Shown here: positions 38,901 to 50,900 of the stretch, one piece after another
Layout of the letters: each line of letters begins with the position of its first letter
Numbering within the stretch: the stretch's first letter is position 1
Assembly (NCBI GenBank): GCA_034780895.1
Contig: JAUZTB010000064.1
Location: forward strand, 38,853,424 to 38,917,423
Reading direction: 5' to 3'
From: Rhynchobatus australiae
Lineage: Eukaryota
Length of the DNA stretch: 64,000 nucleotides
The notes under the pieces: model-generated
Database searches by the model: none
What the model was told of the DNA's origin: nothing
What the model saw: only the letters and a program-made list of their open reading frames with translations
Translations under genes and position numbers: made by a program

Positions 38901-41900
38901 AGGGAACAACGCAAAGTCAGGAACAGAACCGTTTTCCACTGTGTGTCTAGTATAGCATTATTCAGTAAAATGTCACGGTGAAATGCCACAGTGCTAACAA
39001 CTCTTGTGTAAAACTAAATCTAACCATATCACAAAACTATGTTTAAAACTGTTAATTCAGTAGTTGTTAGCATCAACAGAATTATCTCTGTTACAAACTA
39101 GGACTAACTTCAATCTAGACCAGACTACTCAAAATAACTCCAGTTGAGAGTTACCAACGGAGGATGTCACTGTGTGTTATAATACTTCTTTGTACATTTT
39201 CAATCCTGAATGAGTAGGAATTTTCTTACGTTAAAGACTGGAAAAACAAAAATATCTTTAGTCCCTGTCACAAACTTGATACCCTCACCACTTATCTCTT
39301 CATCTAATGGGCCACTATTTCACACTGCTTCATTGCTTCGCAGTCAATTTCATTTCAGCAAGATAGTCTGCTTCCCTATCTATCTCAGCAGATCTGCTGC
39401 CAAAATCATCTGTGGGCAGAGGGAGGGTGGAATTTTGAAATCCAAAAATGATTGAACTCTGTTTCTTGTCAATTCAATTTCAGTAAAACTCCTCTCTCAA
39501 AGAGAACAGAACCCATTTTCCACTTTCTGTCTAGTATATTATCCAGTAAAATATCATGGTGAAATGCCAGAGTGCCAACCACCCAACCGTAAAACCAACT
39601 GATCCAAAAATATCAGTTTGATTGGGGGCTGAGGGAGGGAGAACGGAGGAGTGTGTGCAAATAGGGTGAAAAGTTTAAGGTTCTGATCCCCAATCTGACA
39701 CCTCCAGATTTTCTGGTCAAAGTACAGGGAACTAACTCACCAAAGAAACAGTTTGACAATTTAAATGTTTCTTAAAATACCTGATTTAACTTATTTTGCA
39801 GGTTTAACATTGGTTGCCTGGGTTTTCAGTCAATGGCATTGATTTGGACCAGAAGTGCTTCCCCTCTGGTTCCCAAACTTAACACCCATAAAAAAAAGGG
39901 TGGGAAGTTTGGGTGCCAGAGTTTCAGCCTCAATCACATATCCCCTTCCTTTCCATCCCATCTCCCTTGGAACTGGAAGTCATATTCTATCTTGGGGGAT
40001 TTGGGTCCTGTGGTCTGCTCTGGAGAGCAGACCATTGGAACCATTAGTCAGGACACCATTGGAATAATAGGTCTATTATCTAGACCTATTATTCCAATGG
40101 TGTCCTGACTAACCTCTCATTCTCCTCTCAAGTTTTAACTCATCCAAAATCATACCTTCCATAATCTATCCACTCCACATCCATCACTTTATCATCAGCT
40201 GACCCGAATAAACTTTCAGTCTCCAAATGGCCCAAATTTAAAATTCCCATCTAAACATCTCCCTTCTATCAAAGTAATCTTAACTGGACTCAGGACTTCT
40301 ATGCATTTCCCTCTCTTTGACCCATCACCAATGATAATCTGTTCAGTTTTCTGGTCTCACACCTCAGAAATTCCTCCATTGGCTTCAGTCCTCATTTAAG
40401 ATCTTCATTAAATTATACATCTTTATGCTCACTCTCTTCAATTTCTTCCTCTAGCGTCCATTTATGTCTCTGCAGAGCACCATGGGGCATTTCCTTCATA
40501 GAAGCAAGCAGTTTTACTTCAATGCAATCGTCCAGTCAACGGTTAAAAACCAAATACCAAGATGGAAAGTTCCAATCAAAACCCTGAATTTCTGCCTTTA
40601 AAGTGATTATCTAATGTTATTCAGCTTATTACATTACAGTTGGTCTTTGCATTTTTGTAATTAGATGCAGATAGAATTCCAATTATAACTTGACAAAAAG
40701 CAACAGTAGGATCACAACTCATAATACCAGCTTACATAACCACATCTTACCAGCCCTTATGAAGGAGGATCTCTGTCCTTGGCTTGCTCTGTGTCTTCGA
40801 GCTGGTGGAGGCCTATTTCTAGTCAAATGCACATCAATAAAGTTTCCTCTTTCTATCTGATCCAAACCATCGGTAGTTCTGCTTGTTGATGATAGGGAGC
40901 AGGGGAGAGGGTGTGGTTATGGGATCAATGGGAGTTGAAGGTGGAAAGAGACAGGTTTGAAACACGACATCAATAAATAAAGCAGCAACTATTTGTGTAC
41001 ACTACTGATAGTTTTGCAGTCTTCAAGTTTTTCTAATTTGTAATGTTAACTTAAGAAGACCGATTAAAAAAAACATAAGAAAGGGCAATTGGCCCAAAAA
41101 AACAAAATCACAGAAATCTATGACACAGAAGGTCATTATGCCTATTATGGCTATGTTGGAATATGATTCTATTCCAAACCGCTGCATTTATGTACTGGTT
41201 ACCTTGCTTAAAAATTATTCTATTATTAAATTGCAAAGATTTCAGTTGCATTCTTGTACTCTGTTGAATTTACTTCCTTTATGCTATTTAGTACATACAT
41301 GATGCTTTCTGAACCGCCCGTTGGCTTAAGTTTCCTTATTCCTTCCTTACAATTTATCTCCTTTACATCTGGGAGTTCTGTTTGTTAAACATCATTTTTA
41401 ACTAAAGCAGATCTTACTTTGGCATAGTGACTAACAAAATCTAATCTGGTTATTTTTAAGCTTTAGTCTGACATCTGTAAACATGTTTTACTCTTCTACG
41501 TATTCTAGTATGCTGCTACATTTTTTAAAATTTAGTTTTGTTCACTGTGTGGACAGTGTATTGATGTGCTCATTCCTACTTCAAAACCTCTGTGTTCCAC
41601 ACATTGTATATCCACGTCTCTCATTTTCTTTTATCCCACCCATGCAAATTTAAACATAATGTGTCATCTGTCTGCCTAATTCAAAAACCTATCAACTTAT
41701 TTTGTAAACCTTTAACCATTTATTTTGTCTCTAATGTTCTCCTTATTTTGTTTTGTTATCAATTGGATAAATACATCTAATCATTGCACTAAATTATATT
41801 CGACAGACACAAATGGTAATCACAAAAGTGGTTAAATGTGTTGTTTTACTGATATGTTTTACATGAAGAAATCCAAATGTGATGATTTGGAAAGTAACTT

Positions 41901-44900
41901 TCAGACTCTAAGTAAATAATTTTCCAGAGGATAAATAGACATGGGCTGGTGACTCCCAATTGCATGTTTGCTGTTTTACAATCCAGCATGCATCACTGTA
42001 TAAGGCTTATCATTCACACAACAAAGCTTTTGTAATGGATTTGAACCATTAAAAATAAACTAATTGGCCACTGCAAGTAAATAACGTTTTTTAAAAAAAA
42101 TCATTCTTTTGTCATTTTTGTTTTACAACCATTTCAGTTTCTGGTTTCTTCTAGCTTCAAGTCTCTGGCTATTTGTAGAGAAACCAGGGGTACAGAGATC
42201 TAGAGACACAAGAGATGGCAGACGCGGGAATCTGGAACAAAAATATAAACTACTAAAAGAACGCAGCAGGTCAAGCAGTATCTGTGAAGGCATAAGGGAT
42301 GTGTCGACGTTTCAAGTGAAGATCCCGTGTCAGGACTGGAAGAGGGAAGATGGCCAGTATGTAGAAGTGTATGGGAGGCCAATGGCAGGAGCTGGTCGGT
42401 GATAGGTGGAACCAGATGAGGAATGGAAAGATGGGCAAATGGAGCCAGATGGAGGAGGAGGGAGGGATGGAAAAGGTGAACTAAGGGAGAGAGAACCTGG
42501 ATGGACAGGTGGGAATGGGAAAAATGGGAAAACAACACAGGGATGTGGGTTACCAGAAAATGGAAAATCCAATGTTCATACCATTGGGTTGTAGGCTACC
42601 CAAGCAGAAAATAACGTGTTTTTCTTCTAATTTATGTTTGGCCTCACTGCGGCAGTGGAGAAGGCAGAGGAATTAAAAGTTACCATTGGAATCAGAAGGG
42701 GAGATAAAATGGCATGCAACCAGAAGCTCAAGGTGGCCATTGCAGAAAGAGCGCTGGTGCTCTGCAAAATAGTCACCTAGTCTACCCTTGGCCTCACCGA
42801 CGTAGAGATGTTTAGGTCCATGATAGCCAAGAGGTTGCACGGGAAAGTACCGGGGAAATGGAGGGAAGAGCAGACAGGGGAAATCATGGACAGCATGATC
42901 CCTGCAGAAAGCAGAAGCATGGGTTGCGGGGGGTGGGGNNNNNNNNNNNNNNNNNNNNNNNNNNNNNNNNNNNNNNNNNNNNNNNNNNNNNNNNNNNNNN
43001 NNNNNNNNNNNNNNNNNNNNNNNNNNNNNNNNNNNNNNCCTACTTAGACGTAAATTATAGGATGCCACAGACTCTAAAGGACATCCCCACTTTCTCAGTT
43101 TTATTCCTCTACCCTTTAGAACTTTTTTTCATGTATTTGTCCATTTCCCATTTGCAAGTTATTTGGATACTGTGTCTGCCTTGTTTCTGACAGGGCAATC
43201 CATGTAGTAAAATTTTAAAAATTACCTAATATTTCAGTATTTTTTGTTGGCAGTTTAAATTTGTTTCCTCCAGTCCACAAACAAAAGGAAAATAATACTG
43301 ATGATTTATTTTACTAAAATATCTCAGAATTTTTCTTACTCATTTTTCTTTATTCTAATAGGGTTATAATTTGTTTCGCCCTGGTTTACAACCAAAGCCT
43401 TTTTTTAAATCACCAACTTCATTGTTAATTCCAAACTCCCACTGAAAATTTTATTTTTATTAAAATAAAATAAGGATAATGATTTACTGTGATTGATTTA
43501 CAAATAGATCTTAGCCAAGAATAGTTGGGGGGGTGGGGGAAGGAGGGTGGACAATCACTCAAAGGCCAACTTTGACACATTTGGATGCTTACCCTTCAAC
43601 TGTATCTTCCCTATCAACACTGTCAGGAGACACAGGCGTAGTTGATCCATTGGGCACTATAACCTCCACCGGTGGCTCCAAATCATTGTCCATAGTTGCT
43701 GAGGAATAGACAATTACTTCTTGTTCTTCTGCTAGTGGATGTTCTAGCATCCAGCTGGCTAATTGCTCAATTGATTGTGGGTCTGCATCTCCAGAAATTC
43801 CTGCCCAAAAATTAATCAACAAAAATCACCTAAATCTGTACACACTGGTTAAAAAGGCACTCTATAGACACAGATGGTGAGTCAGAGGAATGGTATACAC
43901 ATCTGAATCTCCCTTTTACTGCATTCCTATTTCCACTCTAGTAGAAATTAGTTACGGGATCCTTCTGGTCTGTTAAGAGTCAGGAACTCATGAACCATCC
44001 AGCCTCATATAAAAATTAAAATCGGAGGATTGAGGATGTGGAGTCAATAGGCTTAGGTTGAGGTACAGGCCTCACCAGATGCCTGTGATTTGGTAGGGCT
44101 CCTCAATCCCTCCCTCCTTGGACTCCTGCCCCACTGGTCCCATAAGAGGATAGCCTAGTGCTTTGTCTCTCCACTCTCCTACATGATTCAGTGTCTGCCA
44201 ACTGGTGACATATTTCATGCTATCGTGGTTCAGTCTATATTCTGTAGTTGCATCTGCATCCCCATTTCTGATAGATATGAATCATCTCCATTCTTCTCAC
44301 TTTTCCTTCAGTCTCTGTATTGTATTCATCACTACAGCCAGCTCCATCCTCACCCTAGAGACACAGGAGGCTGCAGAAGCTGGGAAGTGGAACAAAAAAC
44401 AAACTGCTGGAAGAACTTAACTGTAGCACCAAGGCTTTAACATTNNNNNNNNNNNNNNNNNNNNNNNNNNNNNNNNNNNNNNNNNNNNNNNNNNNNNNNN
44501 NNNNNNNNNNNNNNNNNNNNNNNNNNNNNNNNNNNNNNNNNNNNNNNNNNNNNNNNNNNNNNNNNNNNNNNNNNNNNNNNNNNNNNNNNNNNNNNNNNNN
44601 NNNNNNNNNNNNNNNNNNNNNNNNNNNNNNNNNNNNNNNNNNNNNNNNNNNNNNNNNNNNNNNNNNNNNNNNNNNNNNNNNNNNNNNNNNNNNNNNNNNN
44701 NNNNNNNNNNNNNNNNNNNNNNNNNNNNNNNNNNNNNNNNNNNNNNNNNNNNNNNNNNNNNNNNNNNNNNNNNNNNNNNNNNNNNNNNNNNNNNNNNNNN
44801 NNNNNNNNNNNNNNNNNNNNNNNNNNNNNNNNNNNNNNNNNNNNNNNNNNNNNNNNNNNNNNNNNNNNNNNNNNNNNNNNNNNNNNNNNNNNNNNNNNNN

Positions 44901-47900
44901 NNNNNNNNNNNNNNNNNNNNNNNNNNNNNNNNNNNNNNNNNNNNNNNNNNNNNNNNNCTAGTTCTAGATTGCTTCACCCGAGTTCTTTTTATTTTAAAAA
45001 CTATTCCACTGCATAACACACACACACACACAGACATACACACACAAAACGAGCTCTGCACCTACCTTACCTTAATTCTAACCTTTTCCTCAGCCACTTC
45101 AGGCTGAATCACATTATTCTAACTTCATCATACTTTTGATCCTAAACAGAGCTTCCGACCAATATTCCCCTTTCCTTCAGAGTCCACCTACTTGTGCAAT
45201 GTTTCTCATCTCTGCACCTATCTCACTGAAATCTCACTCATGTGTTTTTGAATCCCAAAACAAACTACACCAATGTTTTGCTAGTTCTTTTCCTGTCCTC
45301 CTCCCTGCTTAATTTTATTCAAAACTGTACTACCTGTGCTAGAGTCCAGCTCTGTGATGGGTCTTGAAGACCCATCATCCTTACTGACTCCTGTCCACCA
45401 ATACTTAAAATAGAAGCTCTTTTTCTCGTATTTAAATGCTCCCATAGCTTTATTTCTCTCAAAATTCAACAACCTTTTCTAACCATATGAACCAACTTAA
45501 TAACTGTTCCTTTGATTTTTCTCTTTTGTTCCTCCAGCATTGACTACTACGGTTTTAGCTTTCTAGACCGTGTCTGGAATTTCCTCTTTCAGACACTTTA
45601 TCGATCTCTAAATTCAACCCTTTCGACTAAATTTTTAATATTTTCTTCTAATCCAGGTTAGTTCATTTTCCCTTAGCAAATCTCCTTACATTTGGGAGGG
45701 GCTGAAATGTAGCAAATAAATGTCATAACATCCTTGAGTAACAAACATACTGATCTTCAGAATGAAGTCCCGACCACACTATATACAAATATAGTTACAC
45801 TTGATATAATGCACATTGGGATATTTGTCCTTTCCATTAATTGAAAGTGGAGAACATTGAGGAAATTTTTTAGTGCTGTATAGCTGGGTGCTGTTTTTGT
45901 GGGATTAAATAATATTGGAAATTTATGGCTATCTCAAAAATGATCTATAATAAAATGTCATTAATATAAGGGCAAATAATTACTGAATATGCATGAATAA
46001 TAAATACACATTGCTGTGAGATTTATTTGCTACCAATACAAATGTGTAAAATCATTAATAGCACTACCATCTCAAACTGATTGGCTGTACCTGCAGCATC
46101 AACTGCTTTGCAAATGTGTCTCAAGTAAAAACCCATTTCTAGTAAGGGGACAGCAACAGGTGGCGGATGCTCAGGAAGATCACTTCTAGAATCTACTGAA
46201 GTGAAGGAGAAATTATGGATTAGAATTTAAACTCTATTAAAGGTTTATCACTTAGAACTGAAGATGTCAAAGGTTCTCACAAAAATATTGTGAAATTTCC
46301 TTACATAAATACAACTTGCTCAAAAAACTTATGGTATTTTGCTTTCAAAGTAGACTTGAAATGATAGCAAAGCTACAGTCAGGTTCAAACAATAAATTGT
46401 CCACATCGTTTTATACATCTTGGATATGGTATTATTGTGATTTTAAAACAGGCTCTCCTAATTGTCTTGTGAAAATAATCCTTTAGGTAGGGGAAAACTA
46501 ACCACTCTACTGTTGATTTCCCATAACTCAATTACAATGATTTTATATATTTAGAGAGATTAGTGTAATGCAAACTCTGATTTGGAGAATACCCAAGTCA
46601 TTGGTTATTTAAGTCAGGTGGTACAAGCAAACAATCATATGGCCAGTTGCCTGAGGCCCGGGACCAACCTGAAAAGCAAAACTAAAGAATAAAGATTGAC
46701 TGATTAGTAGAAAATAACTATCTTGTTAAAGGTAATGCAGAATGCTCTTAATGGTGTAGTGTTGCTGACTTCTACATTCCATATTTCTACATTGTAACCT
46801 CTGACCAAGTCAATTCATTCCTGCTAGTCAGGTAACCTCTATTTATTGTCAGTATAAATCAAGTCAGGAGAGAGCATAATTGTTTTAAGAAATGATGAGA
46901 AAGAAGAATACACAGAGAAGTATACAGAATATTCAGAAAAAGTAAAAGATACTGAAATTAAACCATGATAGGAGACATAAACCACCTTTTAAAATGACTG
47001 TTGTGACTTACCAGGTGAACTACATTGTCTGTTAGAAACAGAAGGAAATGAAAAATAATTCCTTTGCTCCCCATCATCACCTGAAACAGCAGGTACCACA
47101 TTCAATCCAGGGAGTAATAAAGGATTGTTAAGCAATCCAGACAGTGAAGGAAATCTGACAAAAACCATTTGTCTGTGTGGAAAAACAAAATGCAAAACAA
47201 TTTAATTAAGGCTTTAATTTTAATTAACTTAGAAATTATGCACAAACAAATTAAAAACAATTCAGGCTTAATATACAAGCACGAATAACACACTCAAAAG
47301 TTTTGTGTAAACTTAAACTTTCTAGACTTCTCCATCAAAAGGCCAGAAGACTTATTTGCCAAAAATTTAAAGATACTCTAACATGGCATGTATGCATGCA
47401 GCATATAGATTCAAGTACATTTTTTCTAACATCAAATTATTGAGCCATTTTATAAACCAGCAACAATGCACTATTGGTGATGCTTTAAAATGGATGGCTG
47501 GAGGCGTACAAGGTTTGCTCCAGTATGACTCCCATTCTGATTTTCCTCCCTGAGGAATTCAGGAGGACATCAAAAAATGAATAAGGGCAACTGCTTTCCT
47601 ATCTACAACTCAAATCCAAAGCCTATTTTGTCAAAATTCAAATTTCCTATTTATCAGAATCAGTTAATCAGAAATATGATTTATACTGAATTGAACTCAG
47701 ACTTTTAATTGATCATGCACGTGATCTCATTTCTCAAATGCTATTTTAATTATTGAAAATGGTGGCCTCTATCCCCACTGTAACTCATTACTAGCCAATG
47801 ACAACAGGTTATCACTGTTAGTAAATCCGCTGACACTAAAATACAAATTATTTTACAATTATACCAATATAAAAACAAATTTTTAAAAANNNNNNNNNNN

Positions 47901-50900
47901 NNNNNNNNNNNNNNNNNNNNNNNNNNNNNNNNNNNNNNNNNNNNNNNNNNNNNNNNNNNNNNNNNNNNNNNNNNNNNNNNNNNNNNNNNNNNNNNNNNNN
48001 NNNNNNNNNNNNNNNNNNNNNNNNNNNNNNNNNNNNNNNNNNNNNNNNNNNNNNNNNNNNNNNNNNNNNNNNNNNNNNNNNNNNNNNNNNNNNNNNNNNN
48101 NNNNNNNNNNNNNNNNNNNNNNNNNNNNNNNNNNNNNNNNNNNNNNNNNNNNNNNNNNNNNNNNNNNNNNNNNNNNNNNNNNNNNNNNNNNNNNNNNNNN
48201 NNNNNNNNNNNNNNNNNNNNNNNNNNNNNNNNNNNNNNNNNNNNNNNNNNNNNNNNNNNNNNNNNNNNNNNNNNNNNNNNNNNNNNNNNNNNNNNNNNNN
48301 NNNNNNNNNNNNNNNNNNNNNNNNNNNNNNNNNNNNNNNNNNNNNNNNNNNNNNNNNNNNNNNNNNNNNNNNNNNNNNNNNNNNNNNNNNTTAAAGAAGT
48401 TCATTAATATAATGCAACTTAAAATGGTACTTTTTAATAAAGAACTCATTAATTGTTGGCCTTTAAAAATGTCTGTAAGTGCCAGGTTTGGGTAAGATAT
48501 GTTCTCTGCCTTCAAGAATTTTGCTAGGGAAATTTTCTTTCAAATGTCTAGTTTTCTCATTTAGGATTTTAAAAAGCAAATATTTGAATCAGTATTTCTT
48601 TTAAGCAAATGATGCATATGATTTTACACATTGAAGTAAAAGAATGAAGTTGACCAATGAGCTTTAAATCTCTAGCTGTAAATAAAACTCAATGATCATT
48701 TCCTGCTGTTAGATTTTTGTGACAGTATGTCCCCCTATTAAACTCTGGCACATCATATACTAAAGGCTCCTAACAACCTTGGTGTCTCCTTTGTCAATAC
48801 ATATTCTGTAAATTAATGTAAAAACATCCAGCAAAATTAAAATATTGTGTGACCTAGTTCCCAGTATATTGTAAATCACAGAAAAAATACTCCACTTAAT
48901 TTTCTGTAACTTAACCATACTTAGAAACATTATTGAATTCTCCATCTCTTTTAATCTTATGACTCAGTTATATAACTTGCATTATTTCTGACAGATGGAA
49001 ACTTTTTTTCCAGTAAATGAAAGTCAAAGAACTGTCAGTGCTGGAAGTCTGAAACAAAAACAAAAAAAGCTGAAACATTCAGCAGGTTAAGCAGCATCTG
49101 GAGAAGGGGAAAGAGAAAGTGCTCCAAAGATGCAGTCAGCTGCTATCGATTCTGCTGCCACCCATCTACACTGGGAGTAATTTACAGTCACAAATTAATC
49201 AGCAATGTGCATGCCTGTGGGACTTGGAAGGAAAGTCACACAATCATAAGGGAAACATACAGATACACACGGCATCAAAGGTCAGGGTCGTTGCAATCTG
49301 GAACACACTGGCTCAGAAGGTGATGGAGGCAAGTATTCTCACAACAATTGAAGGCCTTGGTGATTCACAGGCTGGTAAAGGGGATTAGGATAGATTGGTA
49401 CTTGATGATCAGCATGGACATGGTGGGCCAATGGGCATGTTTCTGTGCCCTGTGACTCAATGACACTAACAACTTTCAAGAAATATACAGAATACACTGC
49501 ACTGATGCACTGAAACTGATGTGGTACTTCATGGGGGACTCCAAAATTCTGCTCTACAAATTTGCAAAAGATGAGATCCTTATGGAGTTGTGACAAATAG
49601 CATTTGGGTGACTTACAATCCTCTTAGAAGGCCCTTAGAATATGATAAAGCAATTTCTAGGTTGGGAAATATTTCCAAACACCAATTGAACTATTGGATA
49701 AATAGAGGTTTTATTCTTTTTTAATCAACAGTATCCAAAATATAAAGTCAAGCTGAAATAGCCCAATGGACTACTAATAAAGACTTGCATTTTATATTGT
49801 GCCTCTCATGACTCTAGAATGCTACAAAACCCTTTACAGCTAATTAAATATTTCCAAAATAGTCAATGTTGTAAATTTCAGAAATGGCTGCCAACATGCC
49901 CATGGTAAGCTTCCACAAACAGCAACATTATATTGATCACTTATCGTGTTTTAGTAGTAGTGGTTGAAAAATAAATGTTATACACCAGGAAGAATTCCCC
50001 AAGTCTTTTTTGAAACAGTGTCATGGGATTGTTCACCCTTGACTTAACTGGGCAGAAGGTATCTCAGTTTGATATCTCATGTAAAAAAAGCACAACCACC
50101 AACAGTACCAGGATGTTGTTCACCTAAATGTACTTAACCTTGTTAGTGTGCACATACTAAAACAAACACATTTTCCTGAGTGCTCGGAAGTCACAAACCA
50201 CTTACTCATTCTGTCACTTATGCAATTAAGAAAGCATGAATGCAATTAGGAAAGGCACTTGGAACCAAATGAACTGGTTCCCCAAAATAACCTCAAATAA
50301 CCTCAGGCACAGTATTGTAGCGGTTAGCGTAACGCTTTACAGCGCCAGCGACCTGGGTTCAAATTCGGCCACTGTCTGTAAGGAGTTTGTATGTTCTCCC
50401 CGTGTCTGCGTGGGTTTCCTCCGGGTGCTCTGGTTTCCTTCCACATTCCACAGTTTAGGAAGTTGTGGGCATGCTATGTTGGCACCGGAAACATGGCGAC
50501 ACTTGCAGGCTGCCCCCAGAATACTCTATGCAAAAAAATGTATTTCACTGTGTGTTTCTATGTACTTGTGACCAAAAAAGATATCTTATGATAGTATACC
50601 ACAAAATTACTTATATGAGATTTCTCATAAGAAAATGTCATATCAGAAACTGGGTACCGAAAACAGAATTCTGGCTAAATCTTTCTTACCTTTACTCTCT
50701 TTGGTTCTGTAATCTTCCACCAAAGAATCCAATGCAGATTTGAATATCATGGTATGTGCACGTTCTAGATCAGCTAGTGAAACTACCCGTTTAATTGGAC
50801 ATGGCCGTACTGCCCATTTTACCATACACCTCATTATATAATGAAGCATCATTCTAAGTTCAGCATTCTCTGGGGAGCCAGCAGTGGCTTTGGCATACTC

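Noticed and set aside
45281-45472. Minus-strand ORF lying between the two UBA exons
   Set aside because: The UBA exons join in phase without it; the region looks like decayed LINE sequence.
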